A DNA stretch of 64,000 nucleotides from Naegleria gruberi. Lineage: Eukaryota. The notes under the pieces are model-generated. The model searched no databases, was not told where the DNA came from, and worked only from the letters and a program-made list of their open reading frames with translations. Within the stretch, counting starts at the first letter, position 1, and each line of letters opens with the position of its first letter. This document shows, piece by piece, positions 11,139 to 20,196 of the stretch. Location of the stretch: NCBI GenBank assembly GCA_000004985.1, contig GG738886.1; one strand, written 5' to 3'. A program made the position numbers and the translations under genes.

Positions 11139-12277
11139 TTATGGTTTATTCTCTTCAAATATTTGATTTAACATTTGATAAACTTGTTCAGTGTTAAATG
11201 CTGAAATTACAAAATGCTTTACAACTCTGTTGTGCACATCCATTTCCATGTACTTTTTCACAATGAACTCAACAATACTGTCAACATTTGATTCGTCGCC
11301 TCCAAATTCTGGAACGTACTGTGAAAACGAAACTCCCCTCTTTATCCTATCTTCTAAAACATCTTTCTTATTGAAAATCAAATAGAGTGGATGTTCAGAC
11401 ACAAGTTTAGAGTCATACCATTTCTCAAATGAAGATAATCCCTCAACAAATCGATTTGTAATATTGTCTTCATAACACAATTCGTCAAATTCACTTAATG
11501 AAATAACGTAGCCAACTACAAGTTTTTGTTGAGAAAATTCAAAAACTTGTGGAATATGCAACCATTTCTTACGCTCAGTACGTTGTCCTCCTATTTTGTT
11601 TTGTTATTAATTGAGTAAATCAGCTATTAAATACGTACCAGTGTCCATGATTGCTTTTTTAGGATTTTTGATATACTTGAAAGATGGTTGACCAGTTGTT
11701 TTAATGGCAGCATAAAAGAAATCATCAAAATTCATTTCAACATTATCTTTTAACAACCTTTCCACATTCTCTTTCTTTGAATAATATTTGATACTTTCTA
11801 AAAATGGTAATGTTGCTCTATTTTCAAATAAAGCTCTTTGTAATCCTGGATCTTGATGCATTTTCAACACAACTCTTTTCACATCATTCCAAACTCTATC
11901 AGGTGCTAATAGATTCTTGTGAGATTGTCCAATAGTTTCTATCATTTCCAAATAGGCCTCTGAATTTTCCCTTCTTTCGAATTCATCTTTATATTTATCA
12001 ATTTCTTCAAAAACCAAATTTAATAATATTGAATAAACATTCAAAATTGACTTTTCATGAGTGTGAGGCAGTTGAATTCCACTTCTTTTCACTATTGAAG
12101 CTAATTATATTATGCAGACGAAACTAAATGGCAAATGTCAAAAGGAATTAACCTACTTTTTCCTGCACCACCTGTTCCTATCAATGCAAGAGCAGTATCT
12201 GTACCTTCCAATGGATCATATGGAGGTGGAACTGTATTCACTGTTCGAAAGTTAAATAATTTACCAAGTTTTTTCAT
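11139..12277 (-). CDS. Heterotrimeric G-protein alpha subunit, about 345 aa in three exons: 12277..12156, 12100..11639 and 11590..11139.
   Basis: Spliced product motifs: P-loop GTGGAGKTSIVK; helical-domain stretch LFENRATLPF...AAIKTTGQ; switch II DTGGQRTERKKWLHI, formed across the intron at 11591..11638; and NKxD as LIFNKKDVLEDRI. Introns are 55 and 48 nt with GTAGGT/GTACGT donors and TAG acceptors. Confidence 0.75.
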
Positions 12278-12456
12278 TTTTTTTTCTTTCTAAAATTGTT
12301 CATAAAAGTTCTAGAGCGATCTTTGAAGACACATGTCGAGTCAGTGATGAAATTATCCTAAACCACTTTGAATAGTCGCCAAGAGTTCAATATTTTGTAA
12401 AGTAAAAAGTTATAATTATTTGTAATAAATTTTATGAATTTGCACTTTAAAAAAAT

Positions 12457-13485
12457 ATGTCATCATCAGCTGCATCTTTTCAATCCCTATCTCCAGAACT
12501 AATCTATAGAGTGATTGGCTTTTTAGATTCCTTCTCCGTCTTTCGAATGGAAAGACTAAACTCTAAATTCCACAAGGCACTCACTCGGAATAAACAAGTT
12601 GATCGTTTAATTTATGGAAAATTAATATTGAACGAATTGAAAATATTACCGACATGGTGGAAGCTTCAGTCATCATGTGAAAAAATGATTGATGAATTAT
12701 ATGAAAAGAATCAAGATTGGAAAAATTGGTTGACTGAGGAAAGTTTATTAGATTTACTATTGAATGGGAAGAATGATAGGTTTAGGATAGTTTTGAGGGA
12801 TTTTTATGTGGTTCCATTTAGTCTAGTTCAGGAAAATGTGGAGGGGAGGTATAGTACCGATGTTAGTAGAGATTATTTTAGAGTTGGAGGTGTTGTGGAA
12901 TTTACAAAATGGAAACCATGTGGATTGATTGAGAAATTGTTACAAAATTTCAAGATAACTGAGTATTTTCAAACAAAAATTCATAGCATGCTAATGTTTT
13001 TCTCTATTTGTGATTGGTTTGCTGAGAGGAATGAAATCACTACCATTAGATTGGTTTTGAATGACAATTCCATTTTGAGGAAATTACCTGGAGAGTTTTT
13101 CTTGTGTTTTGTAAAGGATCAAAAAATGGAAAATGTTCAGAATATTAATACTTTCAAAAGTAGCTCACCAATAATTGATTTCAAATTGTTTAGAGAGCAT
13201 TGTACAAAGTATGAAACCTGTAGTATTGATACAATCTTTGAGAAAACTAAAAATCCTCCTTATGGTATGAAACCAAATGCAGCAACTGTAGTGGAATCAC
13301 TCAAATCAGAGCTATACGAATTTGACTCTTACTCTATTGATTGGAGTGCGACTATTGCTGTTAGTACTCAAGATTGGTGCAGTTACTGGTCTAGTGGACG
13401 TGAGTGGTGGGGATGTTATGCCATGACTTCATTCAATTCAAAAGAGTGTGCATTTATTGTTGCAACAGCATCTTGTTCTGATTAA
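12457..13485 (+). CDS. F-box-like domain protein, 342 aa.
   Basis: The N-terminal LSPELIYRVIGFLDSFSVFRMERLNSKF matches the F-box consensus (LPxEIxxxIxxxLD). The rest is unassigned. Confidence 0.45.
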   Translation: MSSSAASFQSLSPELIYRVIGFLDSFSVFRMERLNSKFHKALTRNKQVDRLIYGKLILNELKILPTWWKLQSSCEKMIDELYEKNQDWKNWLTEESLLDLLLNGKNDRFRIVLRDFYVVPFSLVQENVEGRYSTDVSRDYFRVGGVVEFTKWKPCGLIEKLLQNFKITEYFQTKIHSMLMFFSICDWFAERNEITTIRLVLNDNSILRKLPGEFFLCFVKDQKMENVQNINTFKSSSPIIDFKLFREHCTKYETCSIDTIFEKTKNPPYGMKPNAATVVESLKSELYEFDSYSIDWSATIAVSTQDWCSYWSSGREWWGCYAMTSFNSKECAFIVATASCSD

Positions 13486-13598
13486 TAACAATTATACAAT
13501 CAACTTCATTCTTAGGAGCTCATCGCTCAATTATTCTTTTAAAGACCTTGCCAACAATGATCTGTGGCTAAAATCACGTGACAAATTAGGTCTTTGGC

Positions 13599-14039
13599 TT
13601 AGTCGTTAGGGTACACCATAGTTGATCTGACAGGTTGTAATGGTAATTCAACTTCTCCACATTCACAAGTAGCATCAACCAAGTTATCTTGTTTCTCAGA
13701 GGTTTCAATCAATGTATTCAAAATACGTTTAGCCATTTCTGATGGAATATCTAGTGAAACTAGGTCAGAAATTTCAAGAGTTAGCATTATATAACCGTTT
13801 AGTCTATCCTTCTTGAGCTGTTTAATGTATTTCTTGTCGAAACCTTTGTATTTAAGCCACTTATAGAGTGATTTGTAATTCCACTTGTAGACAGGTTTCT
13901 GTTCAATTTTCTTTAATTTTCTTTCCTTTCTTCTTTCAAAGTAACCTTTCTTTTCTTCTACTTTCATCTTTTCCCGTGGAGAGTTAGTTTCTGTTGCTCT
14001 GGACAGAGGTTGTTTACCTCTAAACAAGATAGAAGACAA
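13599..14039 (-). CDS. Small basic protein with a SAM-like (sterile alpha motif) C-terminal domain. The 5' exon or exons may lie upstream.
   Basis: WNYKSLYKWLKYKGFDKKYIKQLKKDRLNGYIMLTLEISDLVSLDIPSEMAKRILNTL resembles a SAM fold pattern. The N-terminus is lysine-rich. The start is uncertain. Confidence 0.35.
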   Translation of the reverse strand: MSSILFRGKQPLSRATETNSPREKMKVEEKKGYFERRKERKLKKIEQKPVYKWNYKSLYKWLKYKGFDKKYIKQLKKDRLNGYIMLTLEISDLVSLDIPSEMAKRILNTLIETSEKQDNLVDATCECGEVELPLQPVRSTMVYPND

Positions 14040-15103
14040 TGAATGTCTCTTACTTATTACATTAGTTGTAGGTTGTGGTTCTAAAGGTTGTTGTTGTGCT
14101 GATCAATCTTTCGCAGAGTGTCTTGTTCAATACTCTGATTTGACCTACTCTTTTTAGAGAGTGTATGTACAAAGTCCATTTGATGATGTTCTTCTTGATG
14201 ATTAACACAGTCAGCCGAAGTCATCTTATTAATCTTCTTCTTATTACTAGTATTGTTAAGAATAATATTAAAACTTTTTTGTTTTTAAAATTAAATCTTC
14301 TTGTTCAGGTCTTCTACTACAACACAATAAGAAGGCTTGTTTGCCAATGATGATTTTCTTTTTAATGATGAATTAACCGATGATGAGAACGGAGGCTTTT
14401 TTGTTTTTCAATAATTCATATGGAATATCTGAACGCAAAGTTATCGAATCGTCCAGCTTTTCATCGCGCAATAAAAAACCGCTGCGCTATTATAGAGATT
14501 TTTTTGGATAAATACACCTCAATCAAACATGGCGCCAAAATAAAATGTACCATTTCTGTGGAGATGTCAAAGTCAGTATGATGTGTTCATTGAATTTGGT
14601 ATTGTGAAGGTAAAATGGTTGTTTAAGGAATATAAAGAGAAATGCATGAAATTATTTTAAATTTCAATAATGATAAAAACCTTACTTTATTTCTTTGTAT
14701 TGCTTGTCAAGTTTTGTTTTTTGAAATCTGACCTTCACACACAAAGACCTAATTCATTGGAGAATGAAATTGTAAAATGAGTTTTATCATTCAGTAATAA
14801 AATCCTCTAAAATTGTTAAATAGAAATCCAGAACATGAAAGCGGAGAAAGGTGAGTAAGCCAGTGTGAGAGAATTTAACCTGAACCAATTAATTCATGTC
14901 CTAAATGTATTATTATATTCCAGTGTATCTTCAAATCTCTGAATGTAACCTTACATTGGTAATTGCTATCTCTCTTGCCAATCAAAGAGTTGCCTTGATG
15001 GTCAATTTACTTTCATCCAATTTTCACAATTTCAAACATTTTGAAATGGAAAATATGAAATGGAATCAAAAGGAATTGCAATCAAAAAACCAAATTCAAA
15101 AAA

Positions 15104-16390
15104 ATGCTTTCAAACAATGAGTATTATTTTCTTTTACCCGATGAGATGATCACCAACATTATAGATTATTTGGATCCATTCACGATCGTTTCCTGTTCCA
15201 TGCTAATTTCCAAACAATTTTATCGAATTTCTCACCAAGAATTTCAATCCCTTGAAATTTCATCACACCACGACAGAGTAATCCACTATCAATTCATTCA
15301 TAAATGTTCAAGTTTTAGGACACTCACTAGTTTAGATTTGAGAAATTGTAGCATTGAAGTGGAAGATTTTACAAAATGGGTAAAGAGTGGAAATTTGAAG
15401 GGATTGAAATGCTTAGTAGCTCCAAACGATGGACAATTGGTTTTAGAAATTGGTAACATTTACAATGAGTGTATGGAAGAATTGAAGAAGGGATCAGAAG
15501 TGGATTATACCCTTCCCAACTTGAAGAGTATTCAGGTGGAAAATGTTTGTCGATTGGATTTGATTAGTCCTGTGGAATATTCTGAACAAATGACAAAGAC
15601 TCCTGTTGGGGAAATTAAAAGTAGCCGTGGTGAATTATTTGGAAAGAAAAAGGCTTTGAGCACATTAGTGGAGGGGGTTTGTTTGCCAATGGCATTTCCA
15701 CAATTATTCACAGGATCCAGACGTCCTCCAAGACAGTACCTGTTTTTTGGACCTATGAATAGTGGAAAAACGATGATATTAGATGCATTGCATGAATCAA
15801 TGCCTTCCAATTTAATTGAGCCATTCTCAATTAATTACTATGATAAGGAAAGAGCTATCCGAATACTGTTCTCAATTGCAAGGTTGTTTGGGAAATATGT
15901 ATTTTCCATATTGACCTACCATCAAAACCTGTTCCAGGAGGTGGAAACAGAAGGGGAGTTCAATAGGAGAGCTCTAACAGAACTGGTCATACAATTAGAT
16001 ACAAGACCTGAAGAAAATTTAATTATAATTATGTCCTCGAATAGACCAACAACTATTAATACCATCATTAGAAGAAGGCTCTATCCACGAATTTACATCA
16101 AACTCTTAACAGGAGATGATCTCAACATGTTTGTGAAATATCAACTTGAGGGTAGATTTGGAAGTAATAGTTTTACCACAAGTCAAATTGATCAAATTAC
16201 CAAACTTTGTGAAGGATATTCGCCCTTTGAGATTGAGCAAATGGTGAAATCGATCAGAAATGAAAATATCAAGGGGACAAAATTAATTGATTGTTTTAAA
16301 GAGATTATTGAGAAGGCACCACCCCTTAATACAGAGCAAGAAATAATGGAAATTGAAAGCTTTGCAGAAAATTTCGCCAGCGAATATTAG
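15104..16390 (+). CDS. Protein with an N-terminal F-box-like motif fused to an AAA-type ATPase module that has a degenerate Walker B.
   Basis: F-box-like LPDEMITNIIDYLDPFTIV. Walker A GPMNSGKT. Sensor-1-like IIIMSSNRPTTI. An arginine-finger region RRRLYPRIYIKLL, and LCEGYSPFEIEQM resembling the AAA lid. No clear hhhhDE Walker B. Confidence 0.55.
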   Translation: MLSNNEYYFLLPDEMITNIIDYLDPFTIVSCSMLISKQFYRISHQEFQSLEISSHHDRVIHYQFIHKCSSFRTLTSLDLRNCSIEVEDFTKWVKSGNLKGLKCLVAPNDGQLVLEIGNIYNECMEELKKGSEVDYTLPNLKSIQVENVCRLDLISPVEYSEQMTKTPVGEIKSSRGELFGKKKALSTLVEGVCLPMAFPQLFTGSRRPPRQYLFFGPMNSGKTMILDALHESMPSNLIEPFSINYYDKERAIRILFSIARLFGKYVFSILTYHQNLFQEVETEGEFNRRALTELVIQLDTRPEENLIIIMSSNRPTTINTIIRRRLYPRIYIKLLTGDDLNMFVKYQLEGRFGSNSFTTSQIDQITKLCEGYSPFEIEQMVKSIRNENIKGTKLIDCFKEIIEKAPPLNTEQEIMEIESFAENFASEY

Positions 16391-16726
16391 TAATCTTTGT
16401 TTGGAAGATGGTGATTCCACATACCTTATTGCACAAGAATTTGTGATCGGTTCATTATTTGCTCTGAAATGGATTTTTTAATGAGCTCTATCAATTTGTT
16501 ACTTCTCTGTTATTAGATGGCTTCCTCAATTAACACATATTTCAATAAAGTTGAAGTTATTTATTAGTTAGTCTGTAGTTGAAACTTTTACTGTCTTAAT
16601 TGGTGTTCTCTTTTCTGAATTCTTCCCATTCTCTCAAACTCTTATTCTACAATATTTCTTTTTCTCATCACTTTCATCATCAATTTCTTTATCATTGTCT
16701 TTTCTTTCTCAAGAAAGTTCCCTCTC

Positions 16727-17755
16727 TTAAAAGATCTTTATATTTGCAAAAGAAACAGATATCCAGTTATCCATATGATTTCTTTCTTTTTTTCTAGCAG
16801 CAAGCCCAATTCCGTCGAAGTCAATTGATGTATCAATTAGAATAGAGACTAGATTTTTGGTTTTGGTGGATTTTTCGGTAAGCAAAGTAAGTTGAGGCAT
16901 TAAGAAAAATGGAGATACAGAAGGTTCACAGAATTGGTTGTTCATACCTTTTGGAATTTTGTCATAATATATTTCTCCTAAAGGTCTTACAACACCTTTT
17001 GGTTTGACCACACCATAAATATAAATATTAACATCACAATCACTAGAATCTAAATCAACCAAACACTCAATATTTGAGAATGCAACTGGATGTTTGAAAT
17101 ATATAATAATAGGTTCTAAATTTTCTTCCTTGTAAGCAAAATGATCAGTACCACTGTTACGATAAAAATCTAGAGGTCCAAAACCAGTAATATTAACATT
17201 ATATTGGTTTTGATTATCCGCAAAAGGTCTCTTTTTTCGGTTGCTAACTATTAATTCACTTTGGATACTAACTATTTCATGTTCTTTGTTTTTGTTTCCA
17301 AACAACAGCAAACCTCTTGAAATGTTACTCTGAAACGAAGACCAGTTAGACACATAGCGTTCAGAAAATTTGTTCAAATTTTTGTCGGTATACCAAAGTT
17401 TTTCCTTCAACTCTTTAATTTCTTTCATCATCACATCGAACATGATGTTTAATTTCTCATCATTGTCTCTCTCTTGTTGCGATAGGTTAAACTCTACGTG
17501 TTGATCATCATCCGATGCATTGACTGCTAAATTGATACCTTCATTAGCAATTGAACATCTGATATTATTATTCATCATACATGTTTTATAATATTTGAAA
17601 TGAATAATGGTTGTATTTTCCTCTTTGAATAAATATTTATGATAATTAAATGTACATGAAATAGTTATTATTTGTTCAGAGTATGAAAGAATGAATTCTA
17701 TTGGTTTTCCGGTCCCATCATCACAAGTGAAATAGTAACTTGACTGATTCACCAT
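16727..17755 (-). CDS. Hypothetical protein, 342 aa.
   Basis: Single long ORF with coding-like composition. No motif recognised. Confidence 0.4.
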   Translation of the reverse strand: MVNQSSYYFTCDDGTGKPIEFILSYSEQIITISCTFNYHKYLFKEENTTIIHFKYYKTCMMNNNIRCSIANEGINLAVNASDDDQHVEFNLSQQERDNDEKLNIMFDVMMKEIKELKEKLWYTDKNLNKFSERYVSNWSSFQSNISRGLLLFGNKNKEHEIVSIQSELIVSNRKKRPFADNQNQYNVNITGFGPLDFYRNSGTDHFAYKEENLEPIIIYFKHPVAFSNIECLVDLDSSDCDVNIYIYGVVKPKGVVRPLGEIYYDKIPKGMNNQFCEPSVSPFFLMPQLTLLTEKSTKTKNLVSILIDTSIDFDGIGLAARKKERNHMDNWISVSFANIKIF

Positions 17756-17805
17756 TTTTTTTTAAAATAAGACGAAACAATATCAAAATTTTGAAATTCA
17801 AAATT

Positions 17806-17878
17806 TGCCGACACCAGGGATCGAACCAGGGACCTTAAGATCTTCAGTCTTACGCTCTCCCAACTGAGCTATGTCGGC
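17806..17878 (-). tRNA. tRNA-Phe (anticodon GAA).
   Basis: Reverse complement reads GCCGACATAGCTCAGTTGGGAGAGCGTAAGACTGAAGATCTTAAGGTCCCTGGTTCGATCCCTGGTGTCGGCA. It has a 7-bp acceptor stem, a D-arm AGCTCAGTTGGGAGAGC, an anticodon loop CTGAAGA, a TΨC arm GGTTCGATCC, and 73 nt without encoded CCA. Confidence 0.85.
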
Positions 17879-17938
17879 TTCTTATTTTATCATACAAATT
17901 TTCATACAAGTGAATTATTCCCGAAATTTATCAATTGT

Positions 17939-19042
17939 TTATTCTGAATATTTTTGCTTTGAAAAATCTTTAGAGTGGAACCAAGGAATCATTACGCTCA
18001 CCTGTTTCTGATATAGTGAAAAAAGTGGTTTGGTTTCAGACATTTTTCTCTCTACCCAGGGAACACTGATGAATTGAAATAAGCAAGTAACTAGAATTGG
18101 TCCCCAAATGAAATAAATAAATGACTGGTCAATTTGGGAATTTTGTAAAGAACAAGCAAAGAGGAAAATTGACCACCAAAATCCAACTTCTCCAAAATAA
18201 TTTCCATGTCTAGTGTAGGCCCAAACACCCTCTACAAGTACTTGTCTATTATTTGTTCTGGTTGCCAAGTGTCTATGGAGAGTAACGTCAGCAGCATGTG
18301 AAATCCAAACACAAAATAGTGAAAATAAAGCACTGGAAATGAATGACAATAATTGAACGAATGTCATTGAGTGCTCTGCAATTTGGTTTGAATTGAAAAA
18401 GGTAGCGAAGAGAGGAATCATTGCAAAGAAAACAATAAGTGTTGGGAATAAATGAATTCCAAGGAATGAAATAATCCAATAAGGAATATTCCATCTAGAA
18501 TTATTTTCAATCTTAATTCCAAACCATCCCAGATACGAAAGCGATTTAATTCTCAAAGCTCTATATCGCCAATCTTCTTGTCCCTTTGTTAATATATTTC
18601 CAGCACTATCATCATTATCTGGTCTTGTAAAAAAGTTCTTTGTCAATCTGTATGCCCAAACATTTAAACACATGAACATGATCAGAAATACCCAAGAAAA
18701 TGATCCATTACTAAGTTGACTTGTATCTTGTCCTAAATAATTCATGTAAATTCTACTGATAAATCTATCGGAACAAAAGTAATCAATAAATAAAAGTAAA
18801 ATTGCAAATGGTGGAAATATACTCCAATACGGATCATAAATACTACTATTATTGTAATAGATTGATCCTAAGAATGTTAATATTGTCAAAATGATATCAA
18901 TGTAAAATATCAGCCAAAGCATTGGCTCTGATAAAAGTGCATGATGAGTGGAAATGAAATGCTCAACAATGAGATGAACCATTTTTTTATGCTGCTCATC
19001 CAAATCATGGTTGTTGCATTTCCACGGCTTTCGTGTTGGCAT
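17939..19042 (-). CDS. Polytopic membrane protein of the DUF1295 / steroid-5-alpha-reductase-like family.
   Basis: Multiple hydrophobic helices. The C-terminal motif AYTRHGNYFGEVGFWWS resembles the [ST]RHPNYFGE signature of this family. Confidence 0.45.
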   Translation of the reverse strand: MPTRKPWKCNNHDLDEQHKKMVHLIVEHFISTHHALLSEPMLWLIFYIDIILTILTFLGSIYYNNSSIYDPYWSIFPPFAILLLFIDYFCSDRFISRIYMNYLGQDTSQLSNGSFSWVFLIMFMCLNVWAYRLTKNFFTRPDNDDSAGNILTKGQEDWRYRALRIKSLSYLGWFGIKIENNSRWNIPYWIISFLGIHLFPTLIVFFAMIPLFATFFNSNQIAEHSMTFVQLLSFISSALFSLFCVWISHAADVTLHRHLATRTNNRQVLVEGVWAYTRHGNYFGEVGFWWSIFLFACSLQNSQIDQSFIYFIWGPILVTCLFQFISVPWVERKMSETKPLFSLYQKQVSVMIPWFHSKDFSKQKYSE

Positions 19043-19124
19043 AATGATCGCACTTCCTCTTAGTGCGAAGGATTTGGTATTAAATGTTATTACAATTCAT
19101 ATGGAAGAAGGAAATAATGTATTA

Positions 19125-20081
19125 TTATTTGAATATCATGATTGCATGTTGGTCTGAGGAGACAACAAATAGCTCACCAGTGAGATGATTAAGGGCAATA
19201 CCTAAAATTTCTGTTGCACCATCCACCAATAAAGAATGTTTAAACAGCAACCCTTGTTTGTTAAATATTTGGACTGTTTGGTTTTGAGAACTAGACACTA
19301 TCAAGTTTTCAGTTTCTTCATCAATAATTATTGAGCAGGGTAATTTAAACTCACCAAAGCTTTCGTCCTGTATCTCTCTAATTTTAGTAAAATTTTCTGT
19401 ACTAACAACGGTAATAGAGTGTCGAGAATGGCTACCAAACATTAAATAATCCCTCCCAATACAAATTGACCATGGTAAATCAATAGCCAATGAAGGACTA
19501 GAATAAATATTTTTAACAAGTTCTCCATTAATTGAATTCAGTACTCGAATAACATTCTCATCAGTATCACAAACATATATCAAGTTATGAGGATGTTGAT
19601 ATCTTACATCAAGGCCATTTGGCCAATTACAATCTTGGTCATTTTCCCATAATTTTTCTGAGCTATCATTAGCAAGTATGTCCTTAATATCGAACTTGAA
19701 AATTGCAGAAGTAATACAAGCGACAATTAAAAAGTCTGTTTTTTCTGTTCGTTCCACAGTGCAACATCGAGGAAATGCGATTGAGAAATTTGAAAGGTGC
19801 ATCTTTGTTTTTAAATCAAATGTTGTAATTCTACTATTGTAATAATCAGTAACTAAAACACAATCATATAAATATGAAATCTTCACCTCGAAAGGATATC
19901 GAAAATCATGTTTTACAGTTTCAATCAGCCTAAAATTCGTACTAAATTCAACTAATTTTTTCCTCATCATTTTCTTCCGTAATTCGCCAAACAATACATG
20001 ATTTAATCTCTCCGAATTAAAATCCTCTACAATCACGACAACATTTTCTGAACGGTTAGTATCACCACCTTCTTGTATCAT
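19125..20081 (-). CDS. Hypothetical protein, 318 aa.
   Basis: Single ORF. It lies divergently, about 115 bp, from the first ATG of the RFWD3-like gene. Confidence 0.4.
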   Translation of the reverse strand: MIQEGGDTNRSENVVVIVEDFNSERLNHVLFGELRKKMMRKKLVEFSTNFRLIETVKHDFRYPFEVKISYLYDCVLVTDYYNSRITTFDLKTKMHLSNFSIAFPRCCTVERTEKTDFLIVACITSAIFKFDIKDILANDSSEKLWENDQDCNWPNGLDVRYQHPHNLIYVCDTDENVIRVLNSINGELVKNIYSSPSLAIDLPWSICIGRDYLMFGSHSRHSITVVSTENFTKIREIQDESFGEFKLPCSIIIDEETENLIVSSSQNQTVQIFNKQGLLFKHSLLVDGATEILGIALNHLTGELFVVSSDQHAIMIFK

Positions 20082-20196
20082 CAGAAGACAATTTTTTTAA
20101 TTAATTTAAATTTAAATTAATTTATTAATAATTTGTTTAATATTTTTGGCGCGAAAGAAGTGTTCGACCATCCACAAGAATTTAGAAAAAAAAGAC
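20082..20196. promoter_or_regulatory. Short AT-rich divergent intergenic region, a candidate bidirectional promoter, between the minus gene starting at 20081 and the RFWD3-like first ATG at 20197.
   Basis: 115 bp with about 90% A+T and quasi-palindromic AATTAATTTAAATTTAAATTAATTTATTAATAATT. Head-to-head gene starts. Confidence 0.3.

Noticed and set aside
14905-15120. The ORF directly upstream of and overlapping the F-box-AAA gene start, as a possible 5' extension.
   Set aside because: It is in a different frame with no splice solution found. The F-box-like motif begins right at the 15104 ATG, consistent with a true start.
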